64,000 nt of DNA from an uncultured Chloroflexia bacterium (GTDB lineage Bacteria > Chloroflexota > Limnocylindria > Limnocylindrales > CSP1-4), in assembly GCA_963813335.1 (NCBI GenBank), contig CAWEYL010000001.1, positions 32,001 to 96,000 on the forward strand, given 5' to 3'. Numbering within the stretch: position 1 is the first letter of the stretch; each line of letters opens with the position of its first letter. Below are positions 1-9,939 of the stretch, piece after piece. Position numbers and translations under genes: made by a program. The notes below the pieces were generated by a model. It was not told the DNA's origin. It ran no database searches and worked only from the letters and a program-made list of their open reading frames with translations.

Positions 1-350
1 ACCGACGCGTTCGGTGCCAGCTCGACCAGGGCGAGGGTCACCCGCTCGCCGTTGATCGACCGGGCACGGACATCGGGACCCCAGACGTCGAGGGGCGGGA
101 CATCGTCGAAATCGACCAGGAACGACACGCTCGGGTCCTCCACCTGCGGGCGCCCCAAGTCTGGCACGGCCGCCCGCCACGAAGGGGGGATGGCGGGACG
201 CACCAGAATGTGAGCGTTGGTGACGTCGAGCAACAGGAATAGGTCCCATACGCGTCGCGAGTTGGTAGGCTGGAAGGATGTCGGCACAGATCTGCAGACG
301 CTGCCACGCTCCCCGGACCGGAGGCTTCCGGTACTGCCGGGAATGCGGCT

Positions 351-1463
351 ATGACTTCGATGCCGAAATCGATGGACGCGGCCGGCGCGGCCGCGCGCGC
401 GAAGACCAAGACGAAGGCTGACGCCGCCGCGCGAGATGCGAGGAAGCGTGCCAGCCGCCAGACCGGCCATCCGGTCCGCCGCTACATGTTCCGGGGCTTG
501 ATCGCCGTCGAGGTCATCGCCCTGGCCGGCCTCGCGGGCTACGGGATCCTGACGAATGTCTCCGTCAGCGGGGGCATCGCGGCCATCTTCGCCACGCCGC
601 CGCCCACCCCGAAGGCGACCCCGACACCGGCGGTCACCCTGCCAGCGACCGGCTTCGTGCCGACCGGCCCGACCACCGAGGCGAGCGTCGTGCGCGTCGT
701 CGACGGCGACACGATCGTGGTCAAGGTCGACGGCGTGGACCTGTACGTGCGCTACATCGGGATGGACGCCCCCGAGGCGGTCAAGCTCGACACCCCGGTC
801 CAGTTCATGGCCCCCGAGGCGACCCAGGCCAACGCCCAGCTGGTGAGCGGCCAGACGGTCATCCTCGAGCGCGACGTGTCCGAGGCCGACGGTTCGGCGC
901 GCCTCCTGCGCCACGTCTGGGTCGACCGCGACGGGACCCTCTTCCTGGTCGGGCTCGAGCTGGTCAAGGCCGGCTTCGCGCAGGCCACCCCGCTGCCGCC
1001 CGACACGAAGTACGCGGCCCGCTACGCCGAAGCCGAGGCCGCGGCCAAGGCGGCCGGTCTCGGCATCTGGGGCGCCCCGCCCAGCCCGGGGACCGAGGCG
1101 ACCCTGCCGCCGACCGGCCCGACGCCGTCGCTCGGGCAGTTCCTCAGCCTGCAGCCCGTCACCGTGACCTCGGAGCCCCAGCCGTTCCGCGGCGGGATCG
1201 GGATCTACGACTGGTCCGCGGTCACGTTCGAGGGCCCCAAGGCGGTCGTCCGCTCGGAGGTCACCTCGTCCTCGCGCGATGGATGCCAGCTCGAATGGTC
1301 GCTGGCCGCCCTGGGCGGGGAGCCCGCGACCGGCGGGGCCCAGCTCGACGGCCGGGCCACCAAGAAGGCCCAGGCCACCATCACGGCCCCGACCTCGACC
1401 GCCAGCTTGCGGGTCACCAGCACCTGTTCCGACTGGCTGATCACGATGCGCGAGGCCGGCTGA
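351..1463 (+). CDS. Membrane-anchored thermonuclease (SNase-fold) family protein with C-terminal two-Cys beta domain
   Basis: N-terminal hydrophobic helix, Pro/Thr linker, SNase motifs VVDGDT, VRYIGMDAPE, RLL and GLGIW. Confidence 0.88.
   Translation: MTSMPKSMDAAGAAARAKTKTKADAAARDARKRASRQTGHPVRRYMFRGLIAVEVIALAGLAGYGILTNVSVSGGIAAIFATPPPTPKATPTPAVTLPATGFVPTGPTTEASVVRVVDGDTIVVKVDGVDLYVRYIGMDAPEAVKLDTPVQFMAPEATQANAQLVSGQTVILERDVSEADGSARLLRHVWVDRDGTLFLVGLELVKAGFAQATPLPPDTKYAARYAEAEAAAKAAGLGIWGAPPSPGTEATLPPTGPTPSLGQFLSLQPVTVTSEPQPFRGGIGIYDWSAVTFEGPKAVVRSEVTSSSRDGCQLEWSLAALGGEPATGGAQLDGRATKKAQATITAPTSTASLRVTSTCSDWLITMREAG
642..1115 (+). repeat. 474-bp direct repeat, copy 1 (nuclease domain)
   Basis: Matches 2218..2691 by eye; overlapping alternative-frame ORFs (752..1006 and 2328..2582) translate identically. 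Confidence 0.9.
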
Positions 1464-1638
1464 CCCGTCGCAGCGGGCGCCCAGCGGCAGGTGCGGCGAG
1501 GCACCAGAAGATGGTCCTGGGGGGTGCCGAGCGGTTGACCGCGCAACGGCGCCGTCTAGACTCCCCCGCACTGGCCCACACGTCCACCAGGCAGAGGCGG
1601 ACGAAGCGCGCGTGTGGCCGGCTGAGGGTGAGCTTCCG

Positions 1639-3042
1639 ATGCTCCAAGAGTTCTGCCCTGATTGCGGGACGCGCAGGGTCGCCCTGTTCCGGTGGTGCCG
1701 GACGTGCGGGCTCGACTACGACGAGCTCGATGCACGCGGCGACCTGCCAGGCAGCCCGTACGCGACCGTCGGGGCTGCGGGCGCCGGGTCTCGTCCCGCC
1801 GCGGCGGTCGCCCCGCCCAGGGCCGAGCGAGCCGCGCCGCGCATCACGTCGGTGACGATCCCGGCCGCGATCGCGCGCCTGGCGACGCTGCCCGGCCGCG
1901 AGCCGTCCGCCGGCCGGGGCCTCTCGGTGGCGACACCTCCCGACCTGTCGTCCGGGGCGCCCGAGCCCGCGCCGGACGGCGCCGTCACCCAGCCGGTCTT
2001 CGGCGGGATGTCGATCCTCCGCCGACGCTCGACCCGGCGGCCCATCAGCCGCTCCCTGGCATTCGGCGTCGCGGCGCTGCTGGCGGTCGGGCTCCTGGGC
2101 GGCGCCTATGCCGCCGACCTCGGCGGGGTGCAGACCGCGGTCGCGACCTTCGCCGGCGAGCCGGGCGCTGTCGCACCGGCGGCGGCCGCCGCCCCGAACG
2201 CGGATCCCACGCCGACCCCAGCGACCGGCTTCGTGCCGACCGGCCCGACCACCGAGGCGAGCGTCGTGCGCGTCGTCGACGGCGACACGATCGTGGTCAA
2301 GGTCGACGGCGTGGACCTGTACGTGCGCTACATCGGGATGGACGCCCCCGAGGCGGTCAAGCTCGACACCCCGGTCCAGTTCATGGCCCCCGAGGCGACC
2401 CAGGCCAACGCCCAGCTGGTGAGCGGCCAGACGGTCATCCTCGAGCGCGACGTGTCCGAGGCCGACGGTTCGGCGCGCCTCCTGCGCCACGTCTGGGTCG
2501 ACCGCGACGGGACCCTCTTCCTGGTCGGGCTCGAGCTGGTCAAGGCCGGCTTCGCGCAGGCCACCCCGCTGCCGCCCGACACGAAGTACGCGGCCCGCTA
2601 CGCCGAAGCCGAGGCCGCGGCCAAGGCGGCCGGTCTCGGCATCTGGGGCGCCCCGCCCAGCCCGGGGACCGAGGCGACCCTGCCGCCGACCCCAGCGCCC
2701 GCCCCGCTGCGGCTCACCACCAACGACCCGGTCACGTTCACGAACGGCGTCCGGTCGGACTTCCACGGGGCCGAGGGCAGCTACACCTGGCGCGCCGTGA
2801 ACCTGACCGTCCCGACGGTCAAGGTGGCCTGGACCGTCGACGGGGCGCCCGGCGCGAGCTGCTCCGTCGAGTGGGCCCTGACGCCCGCCACCGCGGCGCC
2901 GGTCGCCGGTCAGGTGGACGTCGCCCGCAAGGGCCACAAGACCGGCAAGTCGAACCACGAGACGCCGTTCCGGCGGGCGATGCTGACCGTGGCCAGCACC
3001 TGTCCGATGTGGCGGCTGTCGGTCACGGGCGAGGGCAGCTAG
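1639..3042 (+). CDS. Thermonuclease family protein with N-terminal zinc ribbon and TM helix
   Basis: CPDCG..CRTCG at the N-terminus (ATG 1639 preferred over GTG 1612), TM segment, nuclease domain identical to that of 351..1463. Confidence 0.85.
   Translation: MLQEFCPDCGTRRVALFRWCRTCGLDYDELDARGDLPGSPYATVGAAGAGSRPAAAVAPPRAERAAPRITSVTIPAAIARLATLPGREPSAGRGLSVATPPDLSSGAPEPAPDGAVTQPVFGGMSILRRRSTRRPISRSLAFGVAALLAVGLLGGAYAADLGGVQTAVATFAGEPGAVAPAAAAAPNADPTPTPATGFVPTGPTTEASVVRVVDGDTIVVKVDGVDLYVRYIGMDAPEAVKLDTPVQFMAPEATQANAQLVSGQTVILERDVSEADGSARLLRHVWVDRDGTLFLVGLELVKAGFAQATPLPPDTKYAARYAEAEAAAKAAGLGIWGAPPSPGTEATLPPTPAPAPLRLTTNDPVTFTNGVRSDFHGAEGSYTWRAVNLTVPTVKVAWTVDGAPGASCSVEWALTPATAAPVAGQVDVARKGHKTGKSNHETPFRRAMLTVASTCPMWRLSVTGEGS
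2218..2691 (+). repeat. 474-bp direct repeat, copy 2 (nuclease domain)
   Basis: Offset 1576 bp from copy 1, apparently identical. Confidence 0.9.
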
Positions 3043-3081
3043 ACCGCCACGAGCGGCCCCGCCGAGCGCCACACTGACGGC

Positions 3082-4278
3082 ATGTCGGATCCGCACTGCC
3101 CGCGGTGCCAGGCGCCGTCCTTCGAGGACACCCGCTACTGCTGGTCCTGCGGCTTCGACCTCGGCGACCCCGAGACCCGGGTGAACGCAGCGGCGATGGC
3201 GCCGCCCGCGACCGACCCCGCGGCCGCCGACCCCGCGGCCACCGCTGCTGCCACTGCCGACACCAGCGGCGCAGCGCCGGGCCGATCCGGGCAGGGGCGG
3301 CTGCTCCGCTACGGCGCGGCCGCACTGGTCGCCGTGGTCGCCATCGGGGTCGTCGCGAATCTGCCCGGCCTGACCGGTCCCGCCACGAGCCCGGCTCCGT
3401 CGGGTGCCGCCGGCGCATCCGCCTCGACCGCGGCCGCGGCCTCACCCGAACCGTGGGCCTCGCTCGCCCCGACGGGCCGCACCACCGCGGCGACCGTGAC
3501 GCGGATCGTCGACGGCGACACGATCGTCGTCGACATCGACGGGACCGAGCAGCGGGTCCGCTACATCGGGATGGACACCCCCGAGACCGTGAAGCCCGAC
3601 ACGCCGGTCCAGCCGATGGGCGAGGAGGCGGCCGCGGCGAACGCCGCCCTCGTCGACGGCCAGGCGGTCGTCCTGGAGCAGGACGTCTCGGACACCGACC
3701 GGTTCGGGCGCCTGCTGCGCGATGTCTGGGTGCGCCGCGACGGCGTCCTCGTCCTGGCCGGGCTGGAGCTGGTCCGCCAGGGCTACGCCCAGATCAGCAC
3801 GTTCCCGCCGGACGTCCGCTACGCCACCATGCTGCTGGCGGCCCAGCGGGAAGCGCAGCGGGACGGGGTGGGACTGTGGGCGTCGGCGGGCGCCGGCGGG
3901 AGCGCGTCGCCGTCGCCGGCCGCGGCGCCCGGTCCCACCCTGCCGACCTTCACCAGCGTGACGCCCGTGATCGTCACGTCCGGGCACAAGTCGAGCTTCC
4001 GCGGGGCGATCGGCATCTACGCGTGGCGCGACGTCCGCTTCGAGGACCCGGCCGTCCGCATGACGTGGGACGTCCATTCGAACCTGGCGTCGGGGTGCCG
4101 CATCGACTGGCGGATCCAGCCGCTGGACGGGCCGGCGGTCCAGGGCTCGGTGAAGGTGAAGGGAAAGGGCCGGACCACCGGGAAGCGCAACCTGGCCGTG
4201 CCGGCGGGGGATGCGCCGCTGGAGGTGCGGAGCACCTGCTCCGAATGGCTGCTCACGATGCAGGGGAAGGGCGCCTAG
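3082..4278 (+). CDS. Thermonuclease family protein with N-terminal zinc ribbon and TM helix
   Basis: CPRC..CWSCG, TM segment, IVDGDT, VRYIGMDTPE, canonical DRFGRLL. Confidence 0.88.
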   Translation: MSDPHCPRCQAPSFEDTRYCWSCGFDLGDPETRVNAAAMAPPATDPAAADPAATAAATADTSGAAPGRSGQGRLLRYGAAALVAVVAIGVVANLPGLTGPATSPAPSGAAGASASTAAAASPEPWASLAPTGRTTAATVTRIVDGDTIVVDIDGTEQRVRYIGMDTPETVKPDTPVQPMGEEAAAANAALVDGQAVVLEQDVSDTDRFGRLLRDVWVRRDGVLVLAGLELVRQGYAQISTFPPDVRYATMLLAAQREAQRDGVGLWASAGAGGSASPSPAAAPGPTLPTFTSVTPVIVTSGHKSSFRGAIGIYAWRDVRFEDPAVRMTWDVHSNLASGCRIDWRIQPLDGPAVQGSVKVKGKGRTTGKRNLAVPAGDAPLEVRSTCSEWLLTMQGKGA

Positions 4279-4298
4279 CAGCACCCCGGGAATCGAAC

Positions 4299-4325
4299 GA
4301 CCCGGGTCGGCTGACGACCCGGGTC
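4299..4325. terminator. Hairpin between convergent genes
   Basis: gacccgggtcg-gctga-cgacccgggtc inverted repeat. Confidence 0.5.
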
Positions 4326-4379
4326 AAGGTTCACTGGTTCAACGGCGGGTCGACGATCGACCCGCGGGAGTGGGTGGGA

Positions 4380-4730
4380 CTAGCCCCGCTGGCTGCGGAA
4401 GCAGTCGCTGCAGTAGACGGGCTTGCCGCTCGTCGGGCGGAAGGGGACCTGAGCCTCCTTGCCGCAGGACGAGCAGGTGGCGCTGAACATCTCGCGGGGG
4501 CCGCGATCGCTATACCCACCGGAGCTGTAGCCGCCGCCGCCCGAGCTGTAGCCGGCGCCGGAGCTGTAGCCGCCGCCGTCCGAGTTGCGGGCAGCCTTGC
4601 GGCTGGCGCGACAGGACGGGCAGCGACGGGGCTCGGTGAAGCCACGCTGCGCGTAGAAGTCCTGCTCGGATGCGGTGAAGACGAACTCCTGTCCACAGTC
4701 CGCGCAGGTCAGGTTCTTGTCGTTGTACAC
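4380..4730 (-). CDS. Zinc-ribbon / CxxC-x17-CxxC domain protein
   Basis: LTCADCGQEFVFTASEQDFY..RCPSCR, Gly-rich linker, ATCSSCGKEAQVPFRP..PVYCSDCF; GAGAGGAG RBS. Confidence 0.9.
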   Translation of the reverse strand: MYNDKNLTCADCGQEFVFTASEQDFYAQRGFTEPRRCPSCRASRKAARNSDGGGYSSGAGYSSGGGGYSSGGYSDRGPREMFSATCSSCGKEAQVPFRPTSGKPVYCSDCFRSQRG

Positions 4731-4740
4731 GAAAACGAAA

Positions 4741-4798
4741 ACTCCTCTCGATAGCCGGCGCGAGCCGTCGGGTTTCTCGCGTCAGCCGTGAGAGGAGT
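4741..4798 (-). promoter_or_regulatory. RBS-sequestering stem-loop in the 5' leader of the zinc-ribbon gene
   Basis: actcctctc (4741-4749) and gagaggagt (4790-4798) form a perfect 9-bp inverted repeat that includes the SD sequence, with further internal pairing. Confidence 0.55.
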
Positions 4799-5013
4799 CC
4801 GAGTTATGCGTCGAGCTATGTTCGTGCCACGGGCTGTCCCGTGGCGATTGCCTTCCCATGGTAGACGCTGGCGCAGGATCTGCCTAGCCCCATGTTCGGT
4901 GACGTCGCGCAACGACTTCGGCCGGCACCCCATTCTCACGAATCAGGACCTTCGGCTACGATGCCTGTCCGAATAGTCCTACGTCACCCAATCCGCAACG
5001 TGTAAGGGGACAC

Positions 5014-7078
5014 ATGCGATCCGCGCGATCCGCACGCCTCAGCCGCCTGTTCATCGGGGCCACCCTCATCACCGGGCTCATCGGCACCACGGCGACATCC
5101 GCGCTCGCCGCCAGCGCCGTGACCTTCGGGCTCATCCGCGAGGAGAACCCGCACAACGGGGTCCAGTCGACCGACGTGGTCTTCCGCGACACCGACACCA
5201 TCACCGGGACCGGCGACACGACGACCGGGATCACGGTCAACCTCTCGTCGACCAGCCCGGCCCACACCGCGTCGCTCACCTTCGCCCCGGAGACCGGCGG
5301 GACGATCATCGTCGGGACCTACCCCCTGGTCGGCGCGACGCCGACCGCGCTCCATGCCGGCATGACCCTCACCCTCGACGGCACCGTCTGCGACTCAGGG
5401 CCGGCGCTGGTCAAGGTCAACCAGCTGCACTTCGCCGGCACGGACATCGATGCGCTGAGCATCGGCGTCGAGGGGACCTGCCCCGCGGCCGGCCTCGACG
5501 AGGTCCACGCCCAGTTCGCCATCGCGGCGACGACGGCGCTCAAGGCCGTCGTGACCGACCCGGCCAACACGCTGGCCATCGGCAACGTGGACGTCGGTGA
5601 CGCGTCGACCCAGCAGACGGTCACCTTCACCAACATCGGCAACACCGCGATCGACATGAGCACCCTGGCCAAGGGCGGCCGCTACCCCGAGCTGTACACG
5701 TTCACTGAGACGTGCAGCGCGACCCTCGCCCCCGGCGCCTCATGCGACGCCAAGATGATCTTCAAGCCCACCACGTACGGCCTCAAGGAGGGGGCGGTCG
5801 TGCTGGCCGGCGACGACATCTCGACCGAGGGCCTCAAGAAGGAAGTCCTCGTGACGGCGACCGGCATCGTCATCGACGCGCCGAACGACTCGCCCGCCAC
5901 CGCCATCGACGTCAACCCGATCCCGACGGCGACCACGCCGTTCTACAGCGGCGTCCAGCTCCAGAACGTCGACCCCAGCGCGGGGAACTGCGACACCGAC
6001 AACAACGCCGCCGTCTGGTACCACCTCAAGTCCACGACGACCAAGACGTTCGACCTGACCACCGTCGATAGCGACGTGGCCACCAACATCGAGCTGTACA
6101 CCGGTCCCGTCGGGGCGCCGGTCTTCGTCAAGTGCGGCGTCAACATCGATGCCAACCTGCGCGACAAGCTGACGTTCAGCGCAGCGGCGAATGTCGACTA
6201 CTTCATCCGCGTCGCCCGGGAGGTCCCGCCCCCCGGTGACTACGCGATCGTGCTCAAGGTGAGCCTCGGCTCGCCCGACACGATGGTCGACGTCTCCGGC
6301 TTCATGACCAGCCGCGGGACCTTCTACCCGGTCGTCGACGGCTACCGCGACACGGTCGACATCCGCGCCACCCGCGGCGAGACGGCCTCGGCCTCGATCG
6401 CCATCTACAACTCGGCGCGGCACGAAGGTCCGGACCCTGACGGTCCCGTCGGGCGACGGACCCTACAGCGTCACCTGGAACGGCCGGACCTCCGGTGGCA
6501 CGCTCCTGGCGGCCGGCAAGTACAAGATCATCTCGACCGTCACGGACACCACGGGCAACAAGCTCAGCGATACCCGCTACGTGACGACCTCGCTCAAGAA
6601 GCTGGTCACCAAGACCTTCACCCAGACCATCGACGCGGCGAAGTACACCCAGCTCCTCAAGAGCGGGACCGGCGCCGCCTCGAAGACCTCGACGGCCTAC
6701 ACCGGCGGTCTCAAGATGACCTCCGGCTCCAACGGGACCGTCGCCGCGGTGTACTCGTTCTCGGCGCCGTCCGCGATCAGCTACACCACGGTCACGTTCA
6801 CGGTCATCGGCAAGGGTGCGACCAACACCATGTCCGTCGGCCTCCAGAACTGGACCGTCTGCACCGCCTACTCGACCACCTGTGTCACGGCCATCCACGC
6901 GGGACCGCATTCCAGCGGTATCGCGTCGGCCTCGGTCAGCGCCCCGGCGGCGACCACGATCTACTCGACCATCCACCGCATCCGCGGCTACCTGTTCGCC
7001 CCGGCACTGCCCGGGACGACCCGGACCATCGATGCACGGGACGTCAAGATCACGGTCACCTACAAGGCACTCGGCTAA
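5014..7078 (+). CDS. Large secreted Ig-like repeat protein (ASH/choice-of-anchor-D-like plus FlgD-Ig-like C-terminal region); frameshift near 6420
   Basis: Signal peptide, VTFTNIG..TCSATLAPGASC motif, TFYPVVDGYRDTV; frame continues in the 6581..7078 ORF. Confidence 0.7.
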
Positions 7079-7094
7079 GCGCACTCGGCTGCAC

Positions 7095-7132
7095 CAGGAG
7101 CGCCGAGCGGGTCCGCCCGCTCGGCGCTCCTG
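7095..7132 (+). terminator. Intrinsic terminator-like hairpin
   Basis: caggagcgccgagcggg-tccg-cccgctcggcgctcctg directly after the stop codon. Confidence 0.7.
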
Positions 7133-7176
7133 CGTGTCCGCGACCTGACGCGGCGGGGGTTCGGTAGGATCCTCCG

Positions 7177-7551
7177 ATGACGACGCCCGAGGTCGACGCG
7201 TACCTCGCCGCCCTGCCGGCCGCCGACCGCGCGGCGCTCGAGCACGTCCGGGCGACCATCCGCGCCGCCGCGCCCGACGCCACCGAAGGGATCGGCTACG
7301 GGATCCCGGTCTTCCGCTGGATGGGGTCGCTGATCGGCTATGGCGCGACCGCGACGCACTGCGCGCTCTACGTGATGAGCCCGGCCACGCTCGACGCCTT
7401 CCGACCCGAGCTCGAGGGACGGGCGCTCTCGAAGGGCACGATCCACTTCACCGCCGACGACCCGCTTGCCGATGATCTCGTGACCCGGATCGTCGTGGCG
7501 CGGATGGCCGAGAACCAGGCGGCCAGGCTCAGGACGAAGGCGGGCCGATGA
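7177..7551 (+). CDS. DUF1801 / YdhG-like protein
   Basis: EVDAYLAALP..RATIRAAAPDATEGIGYGIP..SKGTIHF; leaderless TAGGAT-N6-ATG. Confidence 0.85.
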   Translation: MTTPEVDAYLAALPAADRAALEHVRATIRAAAPDATEGIGYGIPVFRWMGSLIGYGATATHCALYVMSPATLDAFRPELEGRALSKGTIHFTADDPLADDLVTRIVVARMAENQAARLRTKAGR

Positions 7552-8047
7552 TCGCCTCGATCGGCGCGCCCATGAGCGCGATCTCGAGCTCGGAGCCCTC
7601 GCGCAGCGGCATCCGCTCGCCGAGGTCCACGAAGCCCTTCCGCTCGTAGAACGTGACGGCCGCCGTGTTCGTCGTGGTGACCCCGAGGCCGATGAGCGCG
7701 TAGCCCGCGGAGCGCGCCCAGCCCGCGACCGCGTCGACCAGCGCGCCGCCGATGCCCTGGCCGCGGACCTCCGGCGCGACCCACATCCCGAACAGCCCGG
7801 CGGCCTCGGGATGGTCGGGCGCCGGCGCGCCGACCGCCATGCCGACCAGGCTGCCGTCCGTCGCCTCCGCCACGTACGTCACGGCCTCGGCCGGGTCGGC
7901 CGCGGCCCGGCTGCGCCAGCGCTCGTCGTCGTGCTCGATGGCGTCCTCGAGCCGGCCGCCGAACGCATCGGGGTCGCTGGCGAGCGCCCGCAGGCGCAGG
8001 GCCTTTAGGGCCTGCCACTCGTCGGGGCGGATCGGCCGGATCTCCAC
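7529..8047 (-). CDS. GNAT family N-acetyltransferase
   Basis: MWVAPEVRGQGIGGALV acetyl-CoA motif, N..A..FYERKGF; GTG start at 8047. Confidence 0.9.
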   Translation of the reverse strand: MEIRPIRPDEWQALKALRLRALASDPDAFGGRLEDAIEHDDERWRSRAAADPAEAVTYVAEATDGSLVGMAVGAPAPDHPEAAGLFGMWVAPEVRGQGIGGALVDAVAGWARSAGYALIGLGVTTTNTAAVTFYERKGFVDLGERMPLREGSELEIALMGAPIEAIIGPPSS

Positions 8048-8187
8048 CGGCCGAGTGTATGCGGCGACGCACGGCACACGCCGTTGCCCGCACGCGCCAC
8101 ACCCCTTGACCCGGGGTGCTGGCTCGATGACACTCCGCTCGAACTCGCCAGACAGGACCGACAACACCATATCGAGGGGGTTCGATC

Positions 8188-9378
8188 ATGCGCCGCCCAC
8201 GCCTGCGCCCCTGGCTCCTGGTCGCCACCCTCGTCGTCGGTCTGTTGCCGACCTCGACCGTCCTCGCCGACGACCCGATCGCGACGGTCGTGTACGGCAG
8301 CTGGTTCGCGACCGACCAGCCGCTGCAGGAACACCACGTCATCACCTTGCAGGCGCAGATCCAGGCTCCGTCCGATGGCTGGGCGACGGACGCCACCGTG
8401 ACGTTCGAGCCGGTCGTCGCCGACGCCGGCCCGACGTGCGTCAGCGCGGTCAACCCGGAGAACGGGACCCTGTGCGAGATCCCGACGATGGCGCCCGGCT
8501 ACTACCAGTACCACGTGACCTATTCGGGGAATGCCGTCTTCGCGAGCTCGGTGAGCGATCCCTTTGACTTCACCATCGAGCCGGACACGTTCGATGCGAC
8601 CGGCATCGGCGTCAGCGCTTCGACGTTCTACCCCTACAAGGATTCCTACCTCGACACGGTGTCGATCCGCGGCACGCGGAACGAGCCGATGTCGGTCCTG
8701 ATCCGCATCTACCGGCCCACCGGCGCCCTCCTCCGGACGATCTCGATCGCGAAGGGCACCGGCGCCTACAGCTTCGCGTGGAATGGCCGGTATTCGACCG
8801 GGACCATGCTGGCGACCGGCCGCTACCGGGTCACGCAGACCCTCACCGACAGCGGAGCCTCCAAGTCGTTCACGTCGTACACGACGCTCAGCGCCAAGCG
8901 GCTCGTGACCAGGACCACCTACGTGACCAAGAAGGGCAACGCCATCACGGCCAAGGGCACGGACGGGAACGGCTCGATCTCGATCTCCTCGAGCGGCGGC
9001 TACACGAAGCTCGTCGGCCGGTACCCGACCGGCACGACCGCCATCGGGTATCAGTTCGCGCTGCCCTCGGCGGCGGTCTACAAGTCGATCTCGTTCCAGG
9101 TCTACACGAAGGGCGGGTTGCGGGTCCCGCCCAACGAGATCGGGCTCCAGAACTTCAAGACCTGCCCCTATGTGGCCGGCTCCTGGGACATCAACTGCTT
9201 CGACCACTGGAAGGCGTTCCCGAGCTCCGGGAGCTCGGGCCTCTCGTGGACCTCGGCCAGCGGGTCGGCGACCAACGATCGCTACTCGCGGACCGTCCGC
9301 GGCAGCGTCTCGGTCATCAACGGCACCATGTACGTCTACACGGCCCGGATCAAGGTCACGTACGGCGTCCTGCAGTGA
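8188..9378 (+). CDS. Secreted protein with Ig-like and FlgD-Ig-like domains
   Basis: Signal peptide, YSG Ig motif, YSFAWNGR..G.Y FlgD-Ig-like motif; C-terminal half paralogous to 5014..7078. Confidence 0.7.
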   Translation: MRRPRLRPWLLVATLVVGLLPTSTVLADDPIATVVYGSWFATDQPLQEHHVITLQAQIQAPSDGWATDATVTFEPVVADAGPTCVSAVNPENGTLCEIPTMAPGYYQYHVTYSGNAVFASSVSDPFDFTIEPDTFDATGIGVSASTFYPYKDSYLDTVSIRGTRNEPMSVLIRIYRPTGALLRTISIAKGTGAYSFAWNGRYSTGTMLATGRYRVTQTLTDSGASKSFTSYTTLSAKRLVTRTTYVTKKGNAITAKGTDGNGSISISSSGGYTKLVGRYPTGTTAIGYQFALPSAAVYKSISFQVYTKGGLRVPPNEIGLQNFKTCPYVAGSWDINCFDHWKAFPSSGSSGLSWTSASGSATNDRYSRTVRGSVSVINGTMYVYTARIKVTYGVLQ

Positions 9379-9421
9379 GCGCGGTCCACGACCTGTAACG
9401 CGACTGCGAAGGGCTCGAACT

Positions 9422-9856
9422 CTAGGCCGCGTCCACCCGTCGGACGTGCATGTACTGGCGGATGCCGAACCGACGTGAGAGGAACCGGATGATGGCCGGC
9501 AGGGACGCGTCGGCGACCTCGAGGGGGATGACCTCGGGCTGGTCGATCTCGACGGTGCGGCCGGACTGGCGGAGGCGGCCGCCGCCCGCCGCCAGCACGT
9601 TCTTCGCCCACTGGGTGGACTCGCCGAACGGCATCGGGATGAGATAGGCGTCTGAGCGGCGGAGCGCCACGATCGGCGTCTGGTACGGCGTTCCGGACGT
9701 GCGGCCGGTGTGGCCGAGGACGGCCCACAACGGGAACCAGCGGGTGCCGGCCAGGGCGCGGGACATCGACCCGAAGCGGATCGACAGGCGGTGCATGGGG
9801 CTGCGGCGCTGCGGCGCGGCCGCGTGAGCGGGGAGGGGAGCGGTCGGGGTCGTCAT
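9422..9856 (-). CDS. Deazaflavin (F420)-dependent nitroreductase family protein
   Basis: LGHTGRTSGTPYQTP..WAKNVLAAGG. Confidence 0.8.
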   Translation of the reverse strand: MTTPTAPLPAHAAAPQRRSPMHRLSIRFGSMSRALAGTRWFPLWAVLGHTGRTSGTPYQTPIVALRRSDAYLIPMPFGESTQWAKNVLAAGGGRLRQSGRTVEIDQPEVIPLEVADASLPAIIRFLSRRFGIRQYMHVRRVDAA

Positions 9857-9939
9857 GCCACCGATGATGCCCGGCGCGACGGTCCGGGCGCATCCCCGCC
9901 GTCCGGCAGCAGCGCTCACGGAATCCCGTGAGGAGCTCC

